From the human T2T-CHM13v2.0 reference genome, Homo sapiens, in the NCBI RefSeq assembly GCF_009914755.1, contig NC_060937.1: 64,000 nucleotides of DNA; one strand, written 5' to 3'. Below the pieces are notes generated by a model. The model searched no databases and was not told the DNA's origin. It saw only the letters and a program-made list of their open reading frames with translations. A program made the position numbers and the translations under genes. Shown here in pieces: positions 1-13,120 of this stretch (its first letter is position 1; each line of letters begins with the position of its first letter).

Positions 1-3000
1 AAATTTTATGCTATATTCATTTCACCACTATTAAACAGATGAAAATAAAAAGTTTAAAATGTATTATTTGTTCATTATTTTACTATTTTAGTTGGTAACT
101 GTTAAAAGAAATTGGGAGACAAGGATGATAATGACAAAGATCTCTTTGCATGGTAATTTCTTATATGGATAGCAATAACAGGAAATAGGACTAGACCTTT
201 TTTATTTTTAAAATTAAATTATACAGTGAGGTTCCAATTTCAATGTTTAGAATAAATTATATTTTGTTTAAATAACAAAGCAAAAAGTATATAGTAGAAT
301 TGAAATACAGTGTCAAAATAATGGATTTGAGTTTCTATAAGATTATTAAAAATACACCCAATTTTCTGAAATATACATATATGTCTCTATTTGATGTATG
401 CATCATGGTGTCTAGGAATCATGAAGCTCATTTTACTTCATTGTGTAATGCATCACAATGCATTATTATTGGAATTAATTTTTCAAAACCATGGATGGCA
501 GCAAGTAATAGTCTAAGTATTTTGGACATTTTGCTGCTGTGTACAAAGTTAAGGAAGATAACATCGAAGAACAAACGATTTGAGTAGTTTTGGCAACAAA
601 TGTGTGAGGACAAAGTAGCATAAAGTGAATAAACTATAATATTATAGCTTATAATCCTGCCTGAAAGAGAGAAAATAAACATTAAATTGCTATTCAGCTG
701 GTTGTCAATCTAATTTCTCTCCTGCTATGGCTTTATTTTATCAGGTATATATTTTGTATGAGATAAAAGTTTTAAATTTCTTGCACAAGGTTTTTTAATT
801 AAAATATATTTAGATATTGAACCATCTTATTTAAAAGTACCATAAAAATAAAAATATAATTGTAGTTATATATGCCTCAAACTACAATTAATCAAGAACT
901 ATTTAGCTAAAATTGATTTTATTTGGGTAAACATACAATCTCAGAAAACAAATAGTTATTTTTTTCTCTTTTATAACATCTAGGTGCATTTAGACAAACA
1001 ATCTTATTTAAGAAAATTGTTGGTTAAAATTAAGCTTATCATCTGGACGTGGTCCTTAAAAGTTTTCAATTCTTTCAACTTACAGTATGGTTTAAAATAA
1101 ATGTAATAATTTGAAACAAGAACTCCATAAACACATTATTACTTTAATGATGTAATAGTTTTGTATAAATTTAATATTTCTGAAAGGACTCATCTCAAAG
1201 ACAGTAGGTTTAGAAATTTTATATTTTTGTACCCTACAGTAATAAACTCTTTAACACATTTCTCACCAATGCCCTTGTTTGTGAACTCATTTCTAGAGGA
1301 GAAAGGACCTTCACCTTTCCCGTAGGACTGTTAATACCATCAAGAAGAACAAATAACTTTTACCCTTTCAGATCTCAGGGGACCACTGCTCTCTCTTTGT
1401 TTCATCAAAGGTGAGAACTGTCAGTAGGCACATTTAATCACAGGCCATATCTGGAATATCTTCTGGGACCAAAGTGAACCTAAAGCCTTACTCCAAGCTC
1501 TGAAGTAGGTTACTGGACTTTACTGGTTGGTAAAGAATTGTGACATCGGTTCTTATCAGTTCTTATTGTGGGAGTATTGAGACATAATACAATATAGTTT
1601 TAAAATAGAATAGTATAGTTTTTAAAAAGCTACATCTTCAAAGCTGAATATAACCACAAATCAATTACTCGCAGTTTAGAAACAATACTAGATTACTACT
1701 ATAGTAAAATATTTACATATGTTGTCATTTATTTATCACGATAATCAATAAAGAATATTTTTTACAAATGAGGCCAAAGAAAAATTAAAGTCAGTTTTTA
1801 GAGATAATGAACAACCTAGAACTTAAAGTCAGGTAAGCTTAAGTAGAAAATCCTTCCCTTTTCACTCTGTAGCATGGCATTCCTTATTTTCAGGATTTGG
1901 TAATAGACCTAAATGTCATTCAGAAGTTCAATTGAACACAATTAATTTAAAATATTACTTAAAATTTTCAATTTTGGTGTATTAAATAAGTTACAAATAG
2001 GAAGTCTAATTGTCTCAGTGTGATTTTTTTTGTCACTTTGTATTACAATTAATATAAAGTATGTGCCCTTGAGGCTAATTTTGGTCCAAAATACTTTTCA
2101 GACTGTGGCTAATTCACCCACGTCAGCTCTGTCAGAACATTTTTGTCCGTTATTTTGTTTTAATGGTGGCACCAGCATAGCGGCACTTAATTTCAACTAA
2201 TGAAAATACTGCAATATTTGAATTATAAGTGTATTAGAACAAATAATGTGATGTGGGCATCACTACTAAATGAAAAGCTTTGTCTTACATTAAAGTAAAT
2301 GAATCTGAGACATTTTGAAAATGAAAGTGCAAATTAATCTTCAGGAGAGTCAATCTCTGGTTCTTGTTTTCCTAGGAGAGAGGCAGTCAATAGTGCTTTT
2401 GTGGTTAGGTGAGACATCTCATGATCACACCAATAAATGCTTCTTATTTATCTTGTGTGGTTTGAGTTGAGTTTCTGTTATTTTTGACAATTATTTGTCT
2501 TAGTAACATAAGCTGGATACTGAAGTCCTGCTATAAGTCCTCAAGCCCAAGATATCTGTTCTCTTTTACAGTATACAAATATTATAATATTTAATAAACT
2601 GCAATAGTAATATTTCAGACCTAATAAGCAGAAATAGTGCTTCAGCAAACAATTATCTGACCATATTACCAGTGATTTCAGGAATGCTGAAAATGACAAG
2701 TGACCATCAATATAATTCTCTGCATTTATAAACTTTTATGTTATAATAAAAGAAAAACATAAACATGAATTATGAATTGAAAAAAATTGGAATGCTGAAG
2801 TTAAAAAAGTAATATTTTAGACAGAACGCCTTCTTAAATTAAAAATAATAATTAATGGGGAACATCAAAGGTCTTATTTGGTAAGACCTGAGAACTTAAA
2901 GGCAGTGGATAACGACACTAAGAGAAAATTTGACAGTGGGACTGTAGAAAACAGTTACATGTATATTAAATTATTTTATGTATAATAAACAGAAGAATAG

Positions 3001-3298
3001 AGAAAGAAGTAAAAGTATCGTGTAAGTCACATCTCTTCAGATGTGGCACATATGAGTCACATCTCATTCAGCAAAGTCCTTTGTCTCCAAAATTATAGGG
3101 CTTTCTAAATAAAAATGAAAACAGTAAAAATAGAATGAACTGATATTTGATCAAACTAACCAGGAGTAAAAGCATTTTATTAAAAAGTAGATACTATAAA
3201 ATGAGACAAATGTGTAATATATAGAAAAAAATCTCTGTAGATAGAATACTCAATTTTAAATACTTTGAATTAAGATGTGGTATAAAAGTGAGGTTGGG

Positions 3299-3626
<328 letters not shown>

Positions 3627-3638
3627 TTAGTTAGGAGC

Positions 3639-4165
3639 TGTGATAGGAAGCCATTAAATTGGCCCCCAATTATCCGACAATATCCTGATATTGGCAACCT
3701 TTAATACTTTTCTCCTTTTGAGTGTAGCTTGGATATGCCCTTTACTTCTGACCAATGCAATACTGCGAAAGAGATGAGATACCATTTTCCCGATTGCGTT
3801 ACATACAACTTCTACCTCGCTAGCAGCAGGCTCTCTCCATTGACTGTCTCCTTTGCAGGCTTTGACAAAATAAGCCGAAATATGGGAAAGCTCACTTAGT
3901 AGGAATTAGGGAACAACCTCTGACAGCTAGGCAGCAAAAACCTGAGGCACTCAGCCTGTTATCACGCAAAGAATCGAATCTTAACATTTATGAGAGTTGG
4001 CAGTGGATCCTTCCCCCGTCAAGATTCTGATAAAATGCATCCCACTTTGTGAAATGCAGAAGAGCAGCAGATACAGAGAGATAATGCCTGAACTTATAAC
4101 TCAGAGAAAAATGTGAGCTAATAATGCATGCATTTTTAGTTATTACATTTGAGTAATATTGTCAC
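3639..4165 (+). mobile_element. ERVL-MaLR solo LTR, MLT1 family (MLT1E/F/G-like), diverged
   Basis: MLT1-like motifs (GGCCCCCAA, CTGAGGCACTCAGCC, GTGGATCCTTCCCC, TGTGAG..AATAA); subfamily uncertain. Confidence 0.6.
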
Positions 4166-4249
4166 AAAAATTGCTTGGTAGAGAGAGTGTATAAAAATTC
4201 TCTTGGGAAAACTTCAGAATTTTAAGTGAAACAAAAAGCAAGATCATTA

Positions 4250-6115
4250 GATGAATCTGAGAAAAGAAAAAATTAATAATAACAAAACATTAACTTTTTA
4301 AAGCAGAGGTTTTGTATGTCATATTATAACACCATGAAATCAAAATTTTAAAAATAATATAAATACTACCTGGAAATAAAGAAATGTACTCAGAAAATCT
4401 TTAGATAAAAATAGAAAATAAAATGGAGATAAAAATACATAAAATATAAAGCAAAAAACAAAATTGATTATAAAACTGACAGGAGAATATGGTTAAAATA
4501 TGGTATTAAACACCTTGATTGAAAAAACATAAAAAAGTAAAGTGAAATAATTATGTTTTAGTTAAATAAATGAGTAAAACAATAGTGTAAAATATTATAA
4601 GTATTATAAAAACATCTAGCAAAAGAAAAATTGGAATGCACAAAATTAAAGATTTAATTAGTGCATGTGAAAACAATAATTATGCAATAATTATGCAAAA
4701 AAATTATGAAAAAACCACCTATATATAACTCTCACAAGCTTGTTTAAGAAAATACAGAAATAGATAAAAATTGGATTTTCACAGTTGGAACAGAAATGTG
4801 CTCACAGCTTTACTTAAAAATACAACTATATACAGCTGTATACAAGTAATATTGTATGTAAATTTATAGATAAAATTGGAATAATAAAAACATAATGCTT
4901 TTCAGAAAACTGTAAATAATCAAAATGACCTGAAAAAAAAAAACTTGGAAATATGAACAGGTGAAATCTATAACAAAATTCATTACATAAATATGTTAAA
5001 ACAGAAAGCAAAACAAAAATGAAAGAAAAATGTTGGACATGGCTGCTGATAAAATTCTCAACTACACATGAAAGATGAAAAGTATAAAACTTAAGTTAGA
5101 ATCAAAGAAATATATTGAAATTAAAAATTAATTTTTTCAGCTTCAATTTTTGTAAAACACAATAACTTTATGGCTAGGGTCACATAAGACCATACGTAAG
5201 CATAGATACTAATTAATTCATACACACACAAACAATTCTACAATGATAGTTGGAGTTGGCAATAGCCATACACAATAATGGATAGAACAAACAAATGGAA
5301 AATCAGCAAAGATAAAGGAAACTTGAACAGCAAAAAATTGGAATAATAGTATTCCAATTGGAATAAAATTGGAATAAAAATTGGAATAATTCAAGTTTTT
5401 TCAAGCAAAAAACTTGAAAGTAAAAAATTAATGAAAATTAACGATCAAAAATGAATGAAGCAGACAGCAGAAAACTTAAAAAGACATTAATAGAAGTGAA
5501 AGTTGGTTTTTGAATAGATTTTTTGAAAAGACAAACTTCTAGCTAGATTGGCCGTATTGAAAAAGACAAAAGACTATAAAATAGAACATAATGAATGATC
5601 TTACAAAAATTAAAAATATTACAAAGGAACATTATAAATAACTTTATTCAAACAAATTAGACTGTGAAAGATAAAATTTTTAATTTAATATCACTCACAA
5701 TAATACCAAAATAATAAAATTCTTAGGAATACATTTAACAGAAGAAAAATAAATTTATACTGAAAACTGCAATAATTTGCTAAAAAATATTAAAAAGGAT
5801 CTAAATAAATGGTGAGACATTCCACACAAATCTACTGTAAGACCCAAAATTATTAAAATTTATCCTGAGTTGATTGCAATTCTTATCATAATCCTGGAAG
5901 TTATAATTTCTTCGTAAATGACTAAGCTCATTCTTGAATGTATATGGAAATGCAACACTTAGAATGTAAAAATCATTTTTTTAAAAATGAAATAAGTTGA
6001 AGCACGTATTCTTTCTGATTTCAGACTCACTGTAATACAGTGAGTTTATACAGAATAGTGTATACAGAAATGTTTATTAGCTGAATAAACATTTGATAAG
6101 TGGAGCAGAATTCCA
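4250..6115 (+). mobile_element. Ancient L1M (L1MC/MD/ME-type) ORF2 remnant, fragmented
   Basis: A-rich + strand; degraded EN/RT segments (AATGATAGTTGGAG..GGAAAATCAGCAAAGAT, AGTTGGTTTTTGAA, TTAGGAATACATTTAAC, AAATAAATGGTGAGACATTCC). Confidence 0.7.
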
Positions 6116-6413
6116 AGTGATAACTAAAGATAAGGAATCATCACAGCTTCAGTGTCTACTTACGCTGTTTTTGCTTTTAGTATTGTTAATGTACAACACT
6201 TCAGTCTTTGTTTTTGTTTAACTTTTTGGAGGTTCTCTCTAGGTGTCGTGATCTAGTATCCAGCAAAGATCTAAATAGTCTCTACGTAGACTTATGAAGC
6301 TCTTAATATGAGATCATGTTTCCAGTATTCTTTCCTAGAACTTCAAGCTTCACCAATCTCTCTGAACTTAAAATATGATCTACTAAACTTAATTTGCCCA
6401 TTAGCCTGTGTTG

Positions 6414-6635
6414 CAGGGAAGTCCAATCGTTTGGCTCCCCTGTGCCACATGAGAAGAAGAATTGTCTTGGGCCACATATATAATGCACTAACACGAATAA
6501 TAGCTGATGAACTAAAAAATAAAATCACAAAAAAACTCATAATATTTTAAGAAAGTATATTAATTTGTGTGGAGGCTGCACTCAAAGCCGTTCTGGACTG
6601 CATGCGGCCCACACGCCGCAGGTTGGACAAGCTTG
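6414..6635 (+). mobile_element. MER30 hAT-Charlie non-autonomous DNA transposon, full length
   Basis: CAGGG..TCCAATC..TTGGCT start, GAAGAAGAATTGTCTTGGGCCACA, end GGTTGGACAAGCTTG, ~222 bp. Confidence 0.9.
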
Positions 6636-7194
6636 GTTGAAGATTCCGTTTTTATGTTCCTCTTGACAAAATATCCCTCTAGCAGAAGCCAGGACTCACT
6701 TCCAATTGCTTCCCTTGTCTCAAGTATCACACTGAATGTTGTCTAATATATGACCACAAACGCATTTTTTTTCTTGTTTTCTACTTGCTTGAGTCAAGGG
6801 ATTAATTTAGACACTTGTCACTTTCTGATAGCCGTATCTGGAAATTAGAGTAATATTTCCATATGCTCAGCATAACGCAGCCTTTCTATTCTGTAGTTAC
6901 TACAAGGCAAACCAACTTCTGAAAAATATAGTGAATCAATGTTACTTCATATTCAGCCTCATCACTTTATTTTTTGAAATGTAACTACAGCTATGAAGTT
7001 CTAATGGAGTACAGCCTGTATTGCTTCTTTTGTAGTAAAGAAAAGCATGCTCTTTTGGGTATGTCCTTCTTTATGTGTTGTAATTTTCTGTCACCTTCTG
7101 ATATTTGTAAGTGGTCATTCTTTTGTCTCTTTCCATATAGACACTTTTTTGTGTAACTACTATTTTGCAGATACCCCTTTTGTTTTAAAAAAAT

Positions 7195-7502
7195 GGTTTT
7201 TTTTAGGTTCAGGTGTACATGTGAATATTTGTTGTATAGGTAAACTCACGTTACAGGGGTTTGTTGTACAGATTATTTCATCACCCAGTACCCAACAGTT
7301 ATCTTTTCTGATCCTCACCCTCCTCCCACACTCCACCCTCAAGTAGACCCCAATGTCTGTTGTTTCCTTCGTTATGTTCATAAGTTCTCATATTGAGCTG
7401 CCACTTATAAGTGAAAACATGCAGTATTTGGTTTTCTGTTCCAGTATTAGTTTGCTGAAGATAATAGCCTTTAGTTCCATCCGTGTTCCCAGAAAGCACA
7501 TG
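7195..7502 (-). mobile_element. L1 3' end fragment (L1PA13-16-like), 5'-truncated
   Basis: Minus-strand L1 3'UTR (GGTTTGTTGTACAGATTATTTCATCACCCAG, CCACTTATAAGTGA..ATGCAGTATTTGGTTTTCTGTTCC); ORF2 C-terminal peptide EQKTKYCMFSLISGS in ORF track. Confidence 0.88.
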
Positions 7503-7734
7503 CACAAGGCACATTTAGTCAAATAATCAGAACCTTCAGACTTAAGATAGGTTACAGAAAATTTCAATGATTTTGTATTCTTTTCTGTGTAAGGGCACAA
7601 TAAAGATATGATCAAGGCACATAAAACCTCAGAAGGTTTACTACATTAAAATCTTTGAAAATTGGGGGAGTAATAGTAGTAAGAAGAAATATATATCAAA
7701 TTGGAAAAAATGTGTGTGCATATATAAAACGAAG

Positions 7735-8019
7735 TTTTTTTGGAGGGGGAGGGGGACGGAGTCTCGCTCTGTCGCCCAGGCTGGAGTGCAGTGGCACGAT
7801 CTCGGCTCACTGAAAGCTCCGCCTCCCGAGTTCACGCCATTCTCTTGCCTCAGGCTCCAGAGTAGCTGGGACTACAGGCACCTGCCACCATGTCCGGCTA
7901 ATTTTTTTTATTTTTAGTAGAGTGTTAGCCAGGATGGTCTGGATCTCTTCACCTCGTGATCCGCCTGCCCAAGCCTCCCAAAGTGCTGAGATTACAGGCG
8001 TGAGCCACCGCGCCCGGCC
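7735..8019 (-). mobile_element. AluY with small internal deletion
   Basis: AAGCTCCGCCTCCCG..TTCACGCCATTCTC and TTAGCCAGGATGGTCT are AluY-type; ~14 bp missing after TAGTAGAG; ends CCGCGCCCGGCC. Confidence 0.93.
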
Positions 8020-8819
8020 ACAAAGTCTACTTTTAATCTAAAATATTCATGAGTCTCCCCTCTCCAGTAAGGATAGAAAAACATTATCAGAATCTAAATC
8101 TTTCACTATGAAAACCAAAACAAGCTATATAAGCTATAGAATCATGTTGTTTTATTTATTTATTTTTACCGAGGAGAGATTTAGGATTCAAAAGCTCATA
8201 AATAAACTAAATTGCAAAAGGGATAGTCCTTGATATGAGAGAACATATCACAGTGTTCTTGTCCCTGGTGAAAAACTAGGTGGAGAAATCAGAAAAATCT
8301 AAATAGGAGAAACTAAATGTAATCATGAGATGGCATGAAAGAATAAAATTCTGATAAAATCTAACCACAGAGCAAGTCACCACAAAATAAATTTTTCCCA
8401 TGTGTTTTTACCAACAGTTTTTCCATCATCCTTAACATGAGAGCAAGATAATAGGACAGAGAGGGCTCCTCCCTCATAAAAATATCTTCAGGCTGAGGGG
8501 AATTATATCAAATATATCTTACACAAAGTGTGTAGAATAATTAAATGAAACCATATAGATGCACATATACATATATTTACATAGGTTTAAATTTAAAAGT
8601 AAAAACAAGCTTTTTTGTATTCAAAGCAAATATAAACATAATCGATTCAGGGTGTATAACATATAAAATGCATATGTAGAAGCAAAATAAATAAAAGAGC
8701 TCAAAGGGTAGAAAATAATTTCTGAATTTTATTTAGTTTGCTAAATTTATTAGAGTTTTACAACTTTTTATTGAGATTCATTTATTTATTTTTTTTTACT
8801 AAAAATGTATGATCTATCC

Positions 8820-10330
8820 AAAAGAGGAAAAAATAAGGTCGGAAGAACAAATGTCAAATAGGAAAAAATGGCCAATGTGATAAACAAATACACTATTCAA
8901 AGAATTACATTAATGCAAATAAGTAAAATTGATTAAAGCAAGAAACTGTCAAGTGTAAAGAAGTATAAGCACACACCTATCTGCTCTTTACAATAAAAAC
9001 ACTTAAATTTAAAGACAGATAAATTGAAAATAGTGGGTTGAGAAAAGATATTTCATGCAAATATTATGTACAAAAATCTGGATGTGACAACATTAATGTC
9101 AGAAAGAAGGACTTCGAATAAAGAGCACTGCTAAAAAAATCAAAATCAGGCATTGTGCAATAATTAATGATTTAATTCATCAAGGATATATAACAATCAT
9201 AGATAGACAGATAGATATCCCTGATAATATAGCTTAAAAAGTCAGAAAAAATTGTTGTCAGAAGTGAATGTAAGAAGTAGAGCCACAATCCTAATCTCTA
9301 TGTATTTGCTGAACAACTAGGTAAAATAGTGAACATGCATACAAAACATGCAAACAACACTATTATCCATAGTGACCTAACAATGATCTGATTGTGACAA
9401 AATAGAAATAAAACACCCTCATACCCCGCATCTATTAAAACTATTAAATAGTAAAACAAACAAAACAATAAACCACTTCATTCTTTTCCAGTGAACTTTT
9501 CAAACTTTTCAGGAAGAAATAAGGCCAATGCTATGTAAAGTTTAAGAGGAGAAACAACTTCACAATCACATTATGAGACAAGCATAAATGTGATTTCAAC
9601 AACTGACAAAGTAATTTCAAGACAGGAGACTTATGGAAGAATATACCCCACGAACCATGACATAATAATTTATTATAAAATATTAGAAACTAGATTTGCC
9701 AACATAAAAAGAAATCATACATCATGAGAGGGCTTTACCTGAGAATTGCAAGTTTTGTTTACCATTTTTAAAACAATAAAAATAATTCCTGACAGTTAAG
9801 CATGAAAACGAAACACGATCATCTCTATTGATGCAAAAGAAAATTACTAGACAAAATGTAACACCTATTCATAGCAAAGAGAACTTCTTAAAAGAGCATG
9901 TTTGAAAGAGTTACTGCTATTATGATACTTAAGGTTTAGGAATTAAGGACTTTTTCACAAAGACTGCAAACAGAAAGATCTTCTTTCAAAATTCCACTGA
10001 ATTACTTATTGGAAAACCTACCAACTGCAATAAGACAAGGAAAAAAATTATGAAGATTGGAATGAAATAAATGAAGCTATGTTTTTCAAAGATAATATGT
10101 TTATGTAGAGATGCAGTGAAATGTCTGCAATATATTAACATAAAACTCTTACAACAAATACTTGCATAAATAATTACTGCTTTAACTAAGGAACAAAAGT
10201 GAAATATATAGAAATGTATCTAACAAAAGATTTCCAAGCTCTGTAGCAATAAATACACTAATATTATAGAGAAACTAAACATCTAAACAAATGAAGAGTT
10301 ATGTATTTCTTAATTAGTGGCTTAATAAAT
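8820..10330 (+). mobile_element. Ancient L1M ORF2 remnant with internal deletions
   Basis: Degraded endonuclease (CCTATCTGCTCTTTACAA, GAAAAGATATTTCATGCAAA) and RT segments (ATCATCTCTATTGATGCAAAA, GCAATAAGACAAGGAAAA). Confidence 0.72.
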
Positions 10331-10589
10331 AGAAAAACTGTCTAAACTCACACAAAAAAGCAATTGCAAGATGAGTATACAAGATCCAGCAATATATCAT
10401 ATAGAAAAATTATTAAAAATAAAGTTACATAGAAGGAAGCAAAGAAATAAATTAGCATATAATTTCACCAAAAGCAAGAATAATTAAATTTAAAAATAAA
10501 AAAATAAATTTTAAGACAAAATGCATAAGAAAATAATAACAGAATTTATACTAAGAAATAAACAATAGTTTAATAAAATGTAAAAACCA

Positions 10590-11730
10590 GAAGGTGGCTA
10601 GCAAGATGGCCAAAAGGGAACAGCTCTGGTCTGCAGCTCCCAGCAAGATCCAACACAGAAGGTGGCTGGTTTCTGCATTTCCAACTGAGGTACCCAGGTC
10701 ATCTCACTGGGACTGGTTAGACAGTGGGTGCAGCCCACAGAGGGCGAGCTGAAGCAGGGTAGGGCATCACCTCACCCAGGAGGCACAAGGGGTCAGGGAA
10801 CTCCCTCCCATAGCCAATGGAGGCCCTGAGGGACTGTGCCATGAGGAACGGTGCATTCCTTGGTCAAAGCCAGGGAGCCAAGTGATCTAGCTCAGTGGAT
10901 CCCACCCCCACGGAGCCCAGCAAGCTAAGATCCACTGCCTTGAAATTCTTGCTGCCAGCACAGCAGTCTGAAGTCGACCTGGGATGCTCCAGCTTAGTGG
11001 CGGGGAGGGGCGTCTGCCATTACTGAGGCTTTGAGTAGGCCGTTTTCCCCTTACAGTGTAAACAAAGCTGCCAGAAGTTTGAACTCGGCAGAGCACACTG
11101 CAGTTCAGCAAAGCCACTGTAGCCAGACTGCCTCTCTAGAGTGCTCCTCTCTGGGAAGAATTCACATCTCTGAAAGAAACGCAGCAGCCCCAGTCAAGGG
11201 CTTGTAGATCAAATTCCCATCTCCCTGGGTCAGAGCACCTGGGGTAAGGGGCAGCTGTGGGCGCAGCTTCAGCAGACTTATACATTCCTGCCTGCTGGCT
11301 CTGAAGAGAACAGCGGATCTCCCAGCACAGCACTCTAGCTCTCCTAAGGGACAGACTCCCTCCTCAAGTGGGTCTCTGACCCCCATGCCTCCTGACTGGG
11401 AGACACCTCCCAGCAAGGGTCGACAGACACTTCATACGGGCGTGCTCCAGCTGGCATCTGGCAGGCTCCCCTCTGGAACAAAGCTACCAGAGGAAGGAAC
11501 TGGTAGCAATTTTGTTGTTCTGCAGCCTCCACTGGTGATACCCAGGCAAACAGGGTGTGGAGTGGACCTCCAGCAAACTCTAGCAGACCTGCAGCAGAGG
11601 GGCCTGACTGCTAGAAGAAAATTAACAAACAGAAAGGAAGGGCATCAACATCAACAAAAAGGGCGTCCACACAAAAACCCTATCCAAAGGTCACTAACAT
11701 CAAAGACCAAAGGTAGATAAATCCACAAAG
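10590..11730 (+). promoter_or_regulatory. L1 5'UTR internal promoter (YY1 motif CAAGATGGC near 10602), CpG-depleted
   Basis: YY1 core at the element 5' end; the only long GC-rich stretch in the window; activity not demonstrable from sequence. Confidence 0.6.
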
Positions 11731-13057
<1,327 letters not shown>

Positions 13058-13120
13058 AGTCCATTGACACTATGAAAAAACTGCATCAACTAACAGGCAA
13101 AATAACCAGCTAGCGTCATA

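Noticed and set aside
300-682. 95-aa and 84-aa overlapping ORFs
   Set aside because: Non-ATG starts, AT-rich composition, no recognisable protein similarity or splice context
3025-3071. AGTCACATCTC direct repeat with a 7-bp hairpin; similar micro-repeats at ~31305, ~32936, ~39234
   Set aside because: Too short to distinguish from common slippage or chance in AT-rich DNA
5336-5390. Short repeated units as a CRISPR-like array (also 18425, 20397)
   Set aside because: No unique spacers, too few units, mammalian context
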